A stretch of DNA of 64,000 bases from positions 37,448,001 through 37,512,000 of the forward strand of contig OX597829.1 in the NCBI GenBank assembly GCA_951406725.2. Reading direction: 5' to 3'. Every line of letters begins with the position of its first letter. Position 1 is the stretch's first letter. The notes under the pieces are model-generated. The model saw only the letters and a program-made list of their open reading frames with translations. It was not told the origin of the DNA and searched no databases. This document shows positions 12,069-24,330 of the stretch, one piece after another. Source of the stretch: Octopus vulgaris (taxonomy: Eukaryota). Both the position numbers and the translations under genes were made by a program.

Positions 12069-13691
12069 TAGGGTGTTTGGGCTAAATTTGATGATTTTTT
12101 CGGGGACAGCTCGATGTATTTGTGAACAGTTAATGGTTTTGAAAAGCATAAAGTTGCAATTGAGAAAATGTTAGCTGACATGGCAGAGGTGGAAGCCATC
12201 TGAATATTGGAAAATAGTTACCTTTATGATGATTCGTGGTGGGTATCAAAATGTTGATATGTCAGCTGCTCAAGTCTCTGTGAAACACTGTAAAGGCTGT
12301 TAGGCAAGACAGGGACAGCAACAACAGTGGAGGCGCAATGGCCCAGTGGTTTGGGCAGCGGACTCGCGATCGGAGGATCGCGATTTCGATTCCCAAACTG
12401 GGCGTTGTGTGTGTTTACTGAGCGAAAACATCTAAAGCTCCACGAAGCTCCAGCAGGGGGGGGGGGGCGACCCCTGTTGTACTCTTTCGGTCCAACTTTC
12501 TCTCACTCTTTCTTCCTGTTTCTTGTCCCCGACTTCCTACACAACCGCTGAGCCTGGATGCACAATCATCCATACGTCGATGCTCTTGGTGTCGGGGGTT
12601 GACCTGCTTTCTCTTCTGCGGGTCTAACAAATAGCAAAAAGGATCATGTTTCCGACTTCTCCCACTAATGGGACAAAGGCCGCTTTGCTCAACAAACTAA
12701 CAAACAAACAGCAACAACAGGGATTACAAAGCCATGACCAACACAAAGGGACACTGGGTATTCTGATTGTGTCGTTCACATGCTGGAATTCATTCAATGA
12801 CTGCAGGATAAGGTGTTGGAAGATCTGAACAAGGGAATCTGACCTTTGGTGAGAGAGACAGGTGTTGGAGTCACCACCATGAAGCTAGCCTTAAATAAGT
12901 ATCTTCACTACCACTTGTACAAGAGGTGCAAGGGACAAATTCTGAGAGTCAAAGCAAAGGAGAACCTCTTGAAGAAGGCAAAGAAAATCCTGAACAAGCA
13001 CTCTGTTGAAACAGGGATGATCTGGTTCTTCTCAGATGAAAAGAACTTCTGCTTGGACCAGTTGCACAACATGTAGAACAAAAGGTGTTTGTGTACAATT
13101 CATGTAATGTCCCACATATGAAAACCAAGTTCACCCAAATTGTGATGATCTTTCAATGTTTCTCCAACAGGACCTTAGACTCAATTCAGACAGTTATGTG
13201 AAGCTTCTAGAGACTGTGATCAAATTTAGGCTGGAGAGGGTTACTGCAGGAAGATCATATGTGTGACAGCAGGACTTAGCTCCTTGCTTCACATCCAGAA
13301 AGAGAGTCAAAATTGGTTGTTGCAGAACTTCTACATTGCCAGCAGTTCCAATTTCTGGCTGCCTAATTTCCGTGATTGTAATCCCACAGATTACTTTGTG
13401 TTGGGTGCAGTTGAGAAAGACACTAACTGCTCTTCCTGCAATATCAAGGCCAAGATCAAGATGTTCAAAGATCTTCCAAAGAACACAGTGAGAAATACAG
13501 TCTTGAGGCATCTTGGGGCCATGGTGGATGCTGAGAGCAGCTACTTTGGATAAACTGTTTTTTTCCCCAGATTTAATCTAGTTAATATTTTTAATATTTT
13601 TTTTATCTCTTTAATAATTTTATTTTTGAGTGGAATATTGTAGATTTTTTTTGCTTTTATGCCAACTGTCAAATTGAGCCCACTAACTCTA
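12069..13691 (+). mobile_element. Tc1/mariner DD37D (maT-type) transposon, decayed, interrupted by a SINE
   Basis: Degenerate TIRs (AGGGTGTTTGGGCTAAATTTGA / TCAAATTGAGCCCACTAACTCT). Motifs WFFSDEKNF, QQDLAP and WLPNFRDCNPTDY; 37 aa between the last two Asp after repairing one 2-nt frameshift. Confidence 0.75.
12328..12707 (+). mobile_element. tRNA-derived SINE (GGAGGCGCAATGGCCCAGTGG head)
   Basis: A box TGGCCCAGTGG, B box TTCGATTCC, (AAAC)n tail; TSD ACAGCAACAACAG at 12315-12327 and 12708-12720. Confidence 0.88.
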
Positions 13692-13736
13692 TGAATATAA
13701 TATACATATATGATACATTTATATATATATATATAT

Positions 13737-14225
13737 ATCATCATCATCATTGTTTAACGTCCGTTCTCCATGCTAGCATGGGTTGGACGGTTCGACCGGG
13801 GATCTGGGAAGCCAGAAGGCTGCACCAGGCTCCAGTCTTATCTGGCAATGTTTCTACAGCTGGATGCCCTTCCTAACGCCAACCACTCCGTGAGTGTAGT
13901 GGGTGCTTTTTACGTGCCACCTGCACAGGTGCCAGGCGAGGCTGGCAACAGCCACGGTCGGATTGGTGTATTTTATGTGCCACCGGCACGGAAGCCAGTC
14001 GAGGCGGCGCTGGCATCGGCCACGAGTCGGATAGTGCTTTTTACGTACCACCAGACCAGGGATCCTGGCTGGTTCAATTCGATTTCGCTTACTCCAACAT
14101 GTCTTCGCAAGCAACGTGCCTGTCGTACGGTCGGATTGGTGTATTTTACATGCCACCGGCACGGAAGCCAGTGGAGGCAGCGCTGGCATCGGCCACGAGT
14201 CGGATAGTGCTTTTTACGTACCACC
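13737..14225 (-). mobile_element. (GAT)n-tailed RTE-like 3' UTR copy with internal duplication
   Basis: Family core; 13954-14053 repeated at 14128-14225. Confidence 0.8.
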
Positions 14226-14403
14226 ATATATATATATATATACACACACACAGGTGGGAACATAAGTGCAAAGCAAAGTGGAAAAGACAGTACTCAAATA
14301 CCAAAGGTAGAGTAATATGCTTTTATTAAAGCAGCAAAATTATCATAGATCTGTTACTCAGTGATAACAGTTTTGTGATAATTTTGCAGTTTTAATAGAA
14401 GCA

Positions 14404-14516
14404 TGTATGTATGTATGTATGTATGTATGTATGTATGTGTGTGTATGTGTGCATGTATGTATGTATGTATGTATGTGTGTGTATGTATGTATGTATGTAT
14501 GTATGTACATACATAT
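14404..14516. repeat. (TATG)n microsatellite
   Basis: Read directly. Confidence 0.95.
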
Positions 14517-15158
14517 ACACGTGGTAACTGTGATAGATTTTAATATTGTTTAAATTACAAATATTTAAGTAAAATTTATTAAGAATAAAGACAAATAATG
14601 TTTTGAAAAACAATATATTTCTGCTTAATAAAATAAAAGGGTTCCTTTATATGCCAAGTTAAGCATGAAGGGTTTTTTGGGAAAGAGAAAAACTTCAATA
14701 AATGTTCTGGCAGTTAAGTACTATGTAAATATCCTAATATTCAAATATCTATTGTCTTTGTATTTGTTTTGTAAAATTCCTGATGTAAAATCCTGTGTTG
14801 GAACAGATATTGTTATGAGCAGAATTAGATAAGTTGAAATATGTTTGTCACATATTTCGACAGCTAAAAGGCAAACAAACTGCAATTACCATGGAGAATA
14901 AATCTCTTTTATGGTAAAAAAAAAGGTGTTAAAAACACCCGGTTTGTTCAGTGTCGCCATCTATTAGTAATCCCAGACATCGACACTTCAAGCTACTTGG
15001 TTCTCGTCAATGAAAGGCAATTCTGAATGAAGTTGTAAAGCTTTAGATGTAATTCAGTCAGCATGTTGACTGATTTGCACTAGTAGATCACCGGACTGAG
15101 GTAAATAACTTCCCTAATTCTGCTCATACTTACACACTGCTTAGCACTGACACTTCAT

Positions 15159-16380
15159 TAGATATTATTATATTTCAAGATGGACATTTTTTTTTTGTCA
15201 AATAAACACACACTATATATTCATTCTTCACTTCAGATTTATTTTATTTTATGTCCTTTGGCTGGAAATCTTTCGTCACACCTCCTGTGACCTCTTCAGT
15301 GTCTCTCCATCCAATGTGTCTCCTCCTGTTCTGTCTACTCCATTTTGTCTTCCTAGAAAAGCCAAATGGACTAAACAGGACAGGAGGAGGTGTATGCGAT
15401 GGAGAGGTACTGAAGCAGTCACATGTGAGAAGAAAACATGTGCGATGGAGAATCGCTGAAGAGGTCACTGGATGGAGAGCCACTTGGAAAGGCCAAATGG
15501 ACTAAACAGGACAGGAGGAAACATGTGAGATGGATAGTTGCTGAAGATGTCACAGGACAATGGGAGACACATGAAATAGAGAGTCACTGAAGAGATCACA
15601 GGAAAAGAGGAGACATGTTGAATGAAGTCTCTGAAGAGGTCATATGACAGGAGGGAACATGAAGGATGGAGAGTCAGACTAAATGGGACAGAAGACATGT
15701 GGGAGCAAAAGTTGCTGAAGGGGTCACAGGACCAGAGGAGACATGTGGTATGGAGAGTTGCTTAGAAAGACAAAGTGGAGTAAACAGGACAGGGAGAGCC
15801 ATGGGGGATGGAGAGTCGTTGAAAAAGTCACAAGGCAATAAAAGACACGTGGGATGGAAAGTTACTTAGACCAAATGGACTAAACAGGACAGGAGGGGAC
15901 ACATGGGATGGAAAGTCACTGAAGAGATTACAGGACAGGCAGAGACATATGTGAAGGTGAGTCGCTTAGAAAGACAAAATGGACTGAACATGACAGGAGG
16001 GGATACATGGAATGGTGAGTTGCTGAAGTGGTCACAGGACAGGAGGTGGCACATGAAATGGAGAGTCACTGTAGAGGTCACAGGACAGGAGGTAACATGG
16101 GGGATGGAGAGTCACTTAGAAAGACAAAATAGACTAAACAGGAGAGGAGGAGACACATGGAATGGAGAATCACTGAAGAGGTCACAGGAAAAGAGGAGAC
16201 ACATGGAATGGAGAGTCATTGAAGAGGTTATAGGTTGAGTGATGAAAGGTTTCCAGACAAAAAAATTTTAAATAAGAACAATAATAAAATAAACCTGAAA
16301 TGAAGCAAAATACATAGTATGTGTGTGTTTATTTGGCCAAAAGAAAAATGACTATCCTAAAATATAACAACAAATATCTA
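15159..16380. mobile_element. Foldback-like TIR element with internal minisatellite
   Basis: About 120-140-bp AT-rich inverted arms enclosing many GGACAGGAGGAGACACATGGRATGGAGAGTCACTGAAGAGGTCACA-like units. Confidence 0.65.
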
Positions 16381-16559
16381 TCCTAATTTGCAAAAATTAA
16401 AGTTAGGAAAAACAAACTATTTACAACTTTGCTAGCAAAAAAAAAATGTATAAAAAAAAACTAATTGTTCACCACAGTTCTATTCTCAAATGCTGTTGTC
16501 CAAAGAATCTAAATGCTCTCTCTAAATATATTTGATTATCAAATAGCAGGTGTGCACAG

Positions 16560-16565
16560 TTATTA
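16560..16565 (-). terminator. Candidate CFAP73 polyadenylation signal
   Basis: AATAAA on - about 200 nt past the stop codon. Confidence 0.35.
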
Positions 16566-16768
16566 CAACTTACAAAGAATTAGCTTAATTACAGCAAAAA
16601 TAAAATAAAAAGGTAGTTTATAGTTTTTACAAGAGTCTAAATTGTTCTATGAAATCTTTAAATTTGTGTTCAGTTATCAAATATCTAATGCACACCAGAA
16701 ATAGTTATACAACTTACAAATTATAGGATTCTTCATAGTAAGTTAAGAAAAAAGTCCATTTGCAGTTT

Positions 16769-16852
16769 TTATGGTAGAAAGTGATGTTCTCTTGATTTCT
16801 CAGGTTTAACAGTATTGGTGACAAAGACCAAGTCTTCTCCAAATATACGAAC
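16769..16852 (-). CDS. CFAP73: CFAP73/CCDC42-family exon 9 (last)
   Basis: tttctttctag|, phase 0. Encodes VRIFGEDLVFVTNTVKPEKSREHHFLP*, resembling the family motif IQxFIQDLxxIT. Confidence 0.75.
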   Translation of the reverse strand, partial: VRIFGEDLVFVTNTVKPEKSREHHFLP

Positions 16853-17234
16853 CTAGAAAGAAAAAAAAAATCCTTTCATCATCTGACACAAGATCCCCTC
16901 CTCCAATGCTTCTGCCTCTCTCAAAGAATTTTGTCTTGTGAGTTACTTGATGACCCTGCCAGTGCTGGTGCCATGTAAAACGCATCCAGTCCACTCTGTA
17001 AAGTGGTTGGAATTTAGAAGGGTATCCAGCTGTAAAAACCATGCCAAAACTGACCTCACCTGTACTTGTGCACATAAAATGCACTCAGCCCATTCTGTGG
17101 AGTGGTTGGTGTCAGGAAGGGCATCCAGCCATAAAAACCATACTAAAACAGACAGTGAAGCCTGGTGCAGGCTCCTGCCTGGCCAGCTCCTGTCAAACTG
17201 TCCAACCCATGCCAGCATGGAAGGCGGACATTAA

Positions 17235-17453
17235 CCCTTTAGTGTTCAGATTATTCTATCAAACATAATGCTTATTGATTCCCATTAATTTGAATTAATC
17301 ATGCATTATCTCATATCTTCAAGATCTTGATGGTGTAATTACTTAATGTAGAATAACATTGTAGGGTAGGTGTGAGAGCCTGGATCTGGTCAGTTTGAAC
17401 ATAAAACAAATTAACTATTTTGGCCGGATATGGCCGGTTTAAATACTAAAGGG
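17235..17453. mobile_element. piggyBac-type MITE inserted into the TTAA of an RTE-tail copy
   Basis: TTAA|CCCTTTAG...CTAAAGGG|TTAA, splitting GGACATTAAATGATGATG. Confidence 0.85.
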
Positions 17454-17944
17454 TTAAATGATGATGATGAGATTAAATACAAACCTTTTAAAAAAAAAGT
17501 ATGCTGTGAATAAGAAATGTAGAAACAGTACACAAGTAAGCTAACACAGGAACATCTTTAGGCATGCTCAACCATCTCGAAATAGTAGCTAAATGTCCTT
17601 CAAATAACACGCTACCATTTAGAAATAGAACACATTAGATTATAGTTTCAAATTTTGTCACAAGACCAGCAATTTTTGGAAGATTGGGTAAGTTGATTAT
17701 GTCAATACCAGTGTTCAACTGATATTTATTTTATTAACCCATGAAAGGAAGAAAGACAAAGTTGAACTTGCTGGAATTCGAACTTAGAGCATAATGAGTC
17801 AAAAGGAATGCCACAGAGTATTTTGTGCAACACTCTTACAGTTCAACTACTTGGTTATGGTTGGAATGTGCCTTTTAATTGTAGGACAGCTCATATATCT
17901 CAATAATCAAAAACAAAAACTTAATAAAAAATTTTTTTAAATTA

Positions 17945-19015
17945 ATAAAGGACTCACTAACGATTGTTAAACAATTCAGTGATGATATCAGAATGCAATT
18001 TGGCCTCGATAAATGTGCAAAAGCTACCTTTATCAAAGGAAAAATGACAGAAACATCTAACGTTAACCTTGACCAGCAGAATGTCATAAAAGAGTTAGAC
18101 CCAGCGGAGAGCTACCAGTAGCTAGGGGTAATTGAAAGGGACGGAATAAGGCATTCAATGATGAAGGAAAGGATCAGGAGAGAATGTTATTGCAGAGTAA
18201 GATCAATACTCAAGACAGAGCTGAATGCGAGAAACAGGATTGAAGCGATCAATGCTTTAGCCATACCAGTTGTGACTTACAGTTTTAATATCATTAACTG
18301 GTCAATTACTGAAATATGTAATCTTGACAGAAAAAACTGTTGACAATGCATAGAATGCACCACCCTAAGGCAGATATAGAACGACTTTATCTGCCAAGAA
18401 AAGAGGGAGGATGTGAACTTTTACAACTGACAATAACAATGATGATGGCTACAATTGGCCTAGACACCTACCTGAAAAACTATGAGGACTGGATGTTAAA
18501 ACTTGTCTCAAAACATGAAAACAAGAAAGCATCATACTCAGTAACAAAACAGGCAAAGAAATATCTAAATGAATTCCGAATACAACAAATTTCGGAATTA
18601 GACATACAAGAAACAAGGACAGAAAAAGCTAAGCACATGAAAACCTGTGCTAAAACTGCTGCCTTAGATATTCTGATTGATAAATGGCAAGAAAAACCTC
18701 TCTATGGCAAATACCCAAAGAGAGCAAATAATGCAGATGTTGACAAAGCCTTGACCCATCGATGGATAATGGCTGCTGGCTTAAAATCTGAAACAGAAGG
18801 GTTTATCATAGTAGCTCAAGATCAATGCCTACCTACAAGGAACTACCAGGCCAACATATTAAAGAATGGCAGTAGCCCAACATGTCATGTATGTCAACAA
18901 CAAAATGAAACCATTGATCATGCTGTCTCCAAATGCAGTCTTCTTGCACCTACAGAGTATCTCAACAGGCATGATAGAGCTGCACAATATATTCACTGGC
19001 TAATTTGCAAAAATT
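17945..19015 (+). mobile_element. R4/Dong-like (RLE-clade) LINE fragment: RT C-terminus and CCHC knuckle
   Basis: DIRMQFGLDKCA, LGVIE, AINALAIPVVTYSF, HPKADIERLYLPRKEGG, CHVCQQQNETIDHAVSKC and YLNRHD; contains a stop and a frameshift. Confidence 0.82.
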
Positions 19016-19376
19016 GGAAGAGGGAAAAAAAATAAAACAAATCTCCTCTGATATGTTGGTGTCCTCTGACATCTGAAGAACCAAAACAAACCTTGACATC
19101 ATAATCTCTCAACACTGGATGTTCCTGTGGACTTACATCTTTTCCGTGTCACACCCTTATCAATAGTTGTAAGTTTCTTTGTTGCTGATAAATCAAATTA
19201 ATGAACATAGAATACAATTACATATATTACAACTAATGAATATAAGAAGAGTTAAAAATTGTTTGGTATGTGACACAGCACCTTTTTTTATGTGCTCACT
19301 CTCCCTAAATGTAGAACCTGGCTATACCTCTGTCAGGGGCCTTACTACTTTATATTTTAACATGTTTAATACTTAC

Positions 19377-19470
19377 ACTGTTTAGTTCTTCAAATGAGTT
19401 CTGCTCAGTACTTAATGTTGGTATTATGTTTTGGTAGTTTAGCATTACATTGTACAAATTATGAGCAGCC
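19377..19470 (-). CDS. CFAP73: CFAP73/CCDC42-family exon 8
   Basis: ttgcag|...|gtaagt, phase 2/0. Encodes (M)AAHNLYNVMLNYQNIIPTLSTEQNSFEELNS, cf. family MATHNLF. Confidence 0.85.
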
Positions 19471-19930
19471 CTGCAATTAGATTTATTAATGTTGATGTAA
19501 AACTGATTCATTCAAATGGGGCACAGTATATAGTGGAATTTCTTTTATTTTATTGAATTGGTCCAGTGGAAGGGGCAAGACCTGTAGGCAGCCACTTCAG
19601 GCTTTCTGCTACCAGTGGGATCAATGGAGTTAATGTTCTTTTTGAACTTTAATTCAAGTTTATTGCAGAAGATAACAAAAACTTTTTTTAAATAAACTTT
19701 CGACTACAGGTTGTCCAATGTGCCATGTAGTGGGATTGACCCCCAAAAACACATGGTTGAGAAGCAAACCTGACCACACAGCCATGCCTGCATCCACTAG
19801 AAAAAAATGTTTTCTCATTCATTTTCTTCATGCTTTGTTAAAATGTACAGAAGACATAATAATGGTGACAAGAATATTACAGTGCTGACAATAACATACA
19901 AGTGGATAAGGATCCACATTATAACAATAT

Positions 19931-20267
19931 TCTGAGACCCCCTTCGGTCATGAATGACCATGGGATTGCACCGAGAAAGTTACCCTCCCAGGCACAAGTC
20001 CGAGCAAGGTTGTTTATGGAAGACCAGCAGTCACCCATGCATACCGGCCTCCCCTCTCCACACCACCAGTGTTATCCAAGGGAAAGGCAAAAGGAGCCGA
20101 TACAGCTTGGCACCTGTGACGTCGCAACTCATTTCTACAGCCGAGTGAACTGGAGCAATGTGAAATAAAGTATCTTGCTCAAGAACACAACATGCAGCCC
20201 GGTTCGGGATTCGAGCTCACAACCTTACAATCGTAAGCTCGACGCTCTAACCACTGAGCCATGTGCC
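19931..20267 (-). mobile_element. tRNA(Arg)-like-headed SINE
   Basis: GGCACATGGCTCAGTGGTTAGAGCGTCGAGCTTACGA..CTCGAATCC head; TSD TATAAC(A/G)ATAT at 19920-19930 and 20270-20280. Confidence 0.85.
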
Positions 20268-20619
20268 AATATAACGATATAAAAGGCAGTATATTTGTGA
20301 GTAGGCTAAAGTGCATGACAGTGAAGATGAGTGAGGAGATATTAGACTAGCTCATTTTGAAGACAAATATAAATGTAAATTCCTAGTTATCCAAAAGGGC
20401 TCCTTTAAGAGCTCACATTTAAGAGGTATTGAGTGGAAAAGGGAAATCTGTACATTATTGGATACATATGTACATAATCAATATGTTTATGTGCCAGGGA
20501 GAAGTATTCTTGATACTCTCTATCTATTAAGGCAACTGCAGGAGGAGTATTTCACAAAAAAAGCAAACCCCTGTACTCAGGGTGCCTCACTCTTTCATTT
20601 GGTGGTGGCTGCAGAAACT

Positions 20620-21560
20620 AGACATAGATGAATGACTAGTGAAAGCTGTTCAAATCATGTACAGGGATGCTGTCAGTAAGGTGAGAGAGTCAGAAATAAG
20701 TACAGAGATAAATTTGATGAGCAGGAAGGAGTTCACCAGAGTTCACTTATCAGGACCATCTTATCATAGTCCTCCAGGCCATAATGGAGGAATTTAAGGC
20801 TGGTTGCCCATGGAAATTCCTCAGTGCTGATGACCTTGTTCTTATAGCTGATGCAGTAAGATTTAGAAATTAAATTCCAGGTGTGGAAGCAAAATCTAGA
20901 ATCAAACAGTTAAACAAGCAGAGTTAATTGCAACAGTTATATTAGCAAAAGCCAAATTTCTGGTGAATAGGAAAACTGACAGAACGTTAAACCCTTCAGG
21001 TTAACTGGCCCTCACTATGTAGAAAAGGTGTTGGTAGAAATTCCATAGTGTACTCAGTGCAAATTATGGGCACATAAGAGGTGCAATGGAATCACAAGAA
21101 GGTTAACAGAGGAAGTAGAATTTATGTAAGATAGATGTGCAGAAGCAATACTCAATGAAGATACAGAGGAATAGATTTCCTCAAATACTTAGGAGGATCC
21201 TTAGAAGTAGTGGATAGTTTCTGCTATCTAAGGGACTTAATTAACGGTGGAGGAGGATGTTATGTAAGTATAGTTGATTGAATAAGAACTATTACCTCTG
21301 ATGGTAACAAAAGGTTTCTCTCTTAGAGCGATAGGTAGATTATATGATGCTTGTGTATGAACAGCTATTTTACCTTGTAGTGAAATGTGGGCCATGAATG
21401 CAGAGGACATGCAGAGGCTTGAAAGAAATGAAGCAAGCATGCTTTGCTGGATGTGCAAATGTGTTGAAAGAAAAACTGTGTATGTGGTGTGCAAGGGAGA
21501 AGACTGTGTTGGTAGTCTTGTGTGATGAAAGTGTCAACATCATACAAGCAGAGTACTTCA
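20620..21560 (+). mobile_element. RTE-like LINE RT fragment (same family as 9580-10060), heavily decayed
   Basis: GVHQSS, SADDLVLIA, FQVWKQNLES, CKLWAHKRC, VDSFCYL and SEMWAM remnants. Confidence 0.75.
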
Positions 21561-22097
21561 TTTCTGATCCTCCATGGAAACATGTCTGGGCAAGGTGAAA
21601 TATTACCTAGCTTGAAAGCAGGTGAGGATTAGCAACAAGAAGGCAACCTCCTGCCATAGACAATTTGCCTCAATGAAATCTGTCTGATTTATGCAAGCAT
21701 GGAAAAGTGGATGGTAAAATGATAACAATGATTAGGACAATATATGACTTAGCACTGGTGCTGGTGCCCTGTAAGAAGCACTAGTGCTGGTGTCACATAA
21801 AAAGCACCGGTGCCATATAAAATGTACTGGTGCTGGTGCCATGTAAAAATCACTCAGTACACTCTATAGAGTGGTTGGCATTAGGAAGGGCATCTAGCTG
21901 TAGAAACAATGTCAAAATAGACTATGTGACCTGATGTGGCCCCTAGCCTTGCCAGGTCCTGTCAACCATCCAACTCATGGAAAATGGACGTTAAATTATG
22001 ATGATGATGTTGTATGAGCACCAACCTATGAAAGCAGACTCAGACTATAATGACCCATCCAAGCAATGCTAGCATGGGAAACAGATGCAAAATGACG

Positions 22098-22225
22098 GTG
22101 GTCGTGGTGGTGGTGGTGGAAGTCGTAGCAGTGGTAGTGACAATGATGATGATGATGATAATAATGATGACAGTGGTGGTGGTGGTGGTGGTGGTGATGA
22201 CAACAACGATGTTGATGACAATGAT
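22098..22225. repeat. (GGT)n/(GAT)n compound microsatellite
   Basis: Read directly; abuts the exon 7 donor. Confidence 0.9.
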
Positions 22226-22242
22226 AGTATACTTAAACACAC

Positions 22243-22400
22243 ATTCGGATTTGTCCGGACTTTAGAGCTTTTACGCTTGCTGTGTTGTGTACATGGCTAT
22301 ACACAGAATCTAACTGGATGCGTCTGCTGCGCGTAGTTTCATACTTGACCTGAAGGTTACTTAGCTGGTTGTTGTGTGCAAGGATTTCATTGCATTTTTC
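22243..22400 (-). CDS. CFAP73: CFAP73/CCDC42-family exon 7
   Basis: attcag|...|gtgtgt, phase 0/2. Encodes EKCNEILAHNNQLSNLQVKYETTRSRRIQLDSVYSHVHNTASVKALKSGQIR, cf. family EKNNEIL.YNN.L..LQ..HIQNTAAKK.L..G.IK. Confidence 0.9.
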
Positions 22401-22514
22401 CTGAATTGGATTAAGGCAGAAAGTTAGCAAAATAAGAAACAATAACAATAACAACAGTAGTAATATTATTAGCATTATTTTTATCAATAATAATAATAAT
22501 GATGATGATGATGA

Positions 22515-22980
22515 TCCTGGCTGAAGAAAGGAACTCAGAAAAAAGAGTCTTAGTGCATAAGACCAAATTTTGGCCACAAATTGTAGGGTCAACCTTAGGA
22601 ACGAACAAGTGTCTCCATCTGTATGACATTTGTAATAGAGTAGACAAAACCCATATTGTCCATATCGCAAACAAATGCCCTAGACTCGCCTAAAACCACT
22701 ACAAGTCATGGTGACATGATTAGGTAATAAAAGTGCTACATTGAAAACTGTGTGAAAAGTGGGAGTTAAAGAGAAGCAAGGCATTGGTTTGAGCACAAAC
22801 CAGGGAGTGACGGTGTCAGAGACTAGCAAAATCCTCTGGGATTTCCCAATCCAAACAGATCAGATGCTAGAGCATAACAGGCTGGACCTAGTGGTGGTGG
22901 ACAAGATGCACCACAAGTGCCATATAGTTGATGCTGTGTGCCTCTTTGACCCACAAATGGTCAAGAAGAAAGGCATAAAA
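22515..22980 (+). mobile_element. R4/Dong-like LINE 3' fragment (restriction-like endonuclease region)
   Basis: HIANKCPRLA and KILWDFPIQTDQMLEHNRLDLVVVDK..IVDAVC; next to (TAA)n/(GAT)n. Confidence 0.75.
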
Positions 22981-23059
22981 ATAAATATATACACTCAGCA
23001 GCTATTTGTTATTTAGCAATATCAAGGGAAATAATAAACATAATAATAATAATTTTTCT

Positions 23060-24110
23060 GAAATGGACAAATACTGAACCAAAGGACTTGGAAGAACCAG
23101 GGAGCTGCTTACAAATCACAACACACACCACCCTAAACATAGTACCAACAAATTCTACCTACATAGAAAGGAAGAAGACAGAGGATTACTAAACGTAGAA
23201 GACGCTGTTTGTTAGTACTGCATTATTAAAATATTATGTTCTGCAAAGTGAAGAAAGAATACTGTTGGCAGCTAGAGATATCCAAAACATTACTGTAACA
23301 ATAGGAGAATTCAAGAATGGAAGGACGAATAATAGTGCAAGCAGATGTAAAGAAATAGAATTACATAGCTAATTCATGCCCCAAATCGAGGATATTGGAA
23401 GTAAAGAACGACTGTTATAGCTGACAGATTGAAACTTAAAGCAAGACACCAGACTGCTAATTATAACTACACAACAACAAGCCATTCAGAAGAATTTGAT
23501 AAAGACAAAGATTGATGTAACAGTCAGAGGGCAAATGCAGAATTTGCAAAAAAGGACATGAAAGTTTTAACCATCTCTTGAGTGAATGCAGTAAGCTAGC
23601 AAACAAAATGTAGAAGTGAAAGAATGACTGTGTATCTAAAAGGAGTGTGGTGGGATGTCAGCTGAGTGTGTACATTCAAAGTACCAAAAAATAATGGTAT
23701 GAATATGAGCTAGAGGCTGTGAAGAGGATACTAATTACAGGATTTTTATTGTCGTTTCTCATAATGTGTGACCACACTATTGAAGCAAGAAGAATAGATA
23801 TGATTATAGTAAACAAAATAAACAAACAGTATAAGAGCATTGACTTTGCAGTACCATATAATAATAGAGTGGATACAAAAGAAATGGGAAAAAATTGAGA
23901 AATACCAGAATCTAGCCAGAAAGTTGAAGAGCTGAAGAAGAGCTGAAGAGAGTAAGATAACTATTATTTGTGATAATTGGTGTATTTGGCACAACGTTCA
24001 AAATGCTATGTAAGAGGGTGAAAGCATTCAAATTGAGACATGCATTGTCAACCTGCAGAAAAGTGCAATCCTGTGTTATTCAAGGATCCTAAGAAAGATT
24101 CTTGAAAATG
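23060..24110 (+). mobile_element. Second R4/Dong-like LINE remnant, very decayed
   Basis: HPKH..FYLHRK, CRICKKGHESFNHLLSECSKLA, IDFAVPY and EKIEKYQNLA remnants following (TAA)n. Confidence 0.65.
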
Positions 24111-24330
24111 AATGTAGCATGTAATAGCTTTAATAAAAACAAAATAATTTCTTATATAAAAAGAAAGCCAGAAATATTATGGGGGGAGGCATAGAAGTCA
24201 ATTACAATCTTTATTTTATGTAGCTCCTTCCTCTCCTGGAATGATAAAGGCAAAATTGACTTTGGCAGGATTCAAAGTCGGATTGCAAAAGCTCATAACA
24301 AAATGCTGTAAAAATGCAGCAACAACAACA

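Noticed and set aside
12328-12405. tRNA gene (also heads near 20195-20267, 58830-58900 and 61670-61741)
   Set aside because: No complete acceptor stem; each continues into a SINE body, most with a TSD.
13770-14263. Recurrent FLQLDALPNANHS peptides as a gene family
   Set aside because: They are conceptual translations of the repeated LINE 3' UTR with no frame conservation.
14993-15090. Alternative last CFAP73 exon (..KLYNFIQNCLSLTRTK*)
   Set aside because: Weak similarity and a poor acceptor. 16769-16852 has a strong acceptor, the right phase and a better match.
15360-16238. Repetitive ORFs or a repeat-spacer array
   Set aside because: The frames are by-products of a minisatellite, and the intervening segments are themselves repeats.
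18340-19035. Longest ORF (231 aa) as a host gene
   Set aside because: It is part of a frameshifted non-LTR retrotransposon ORF.
22401-22420. U12-type branch site (GCCTTAAT) before exon 7
   Set aside because: The intron donor is GTGAGT (U2 type) and a CTAAC branch candidate lies upstream.
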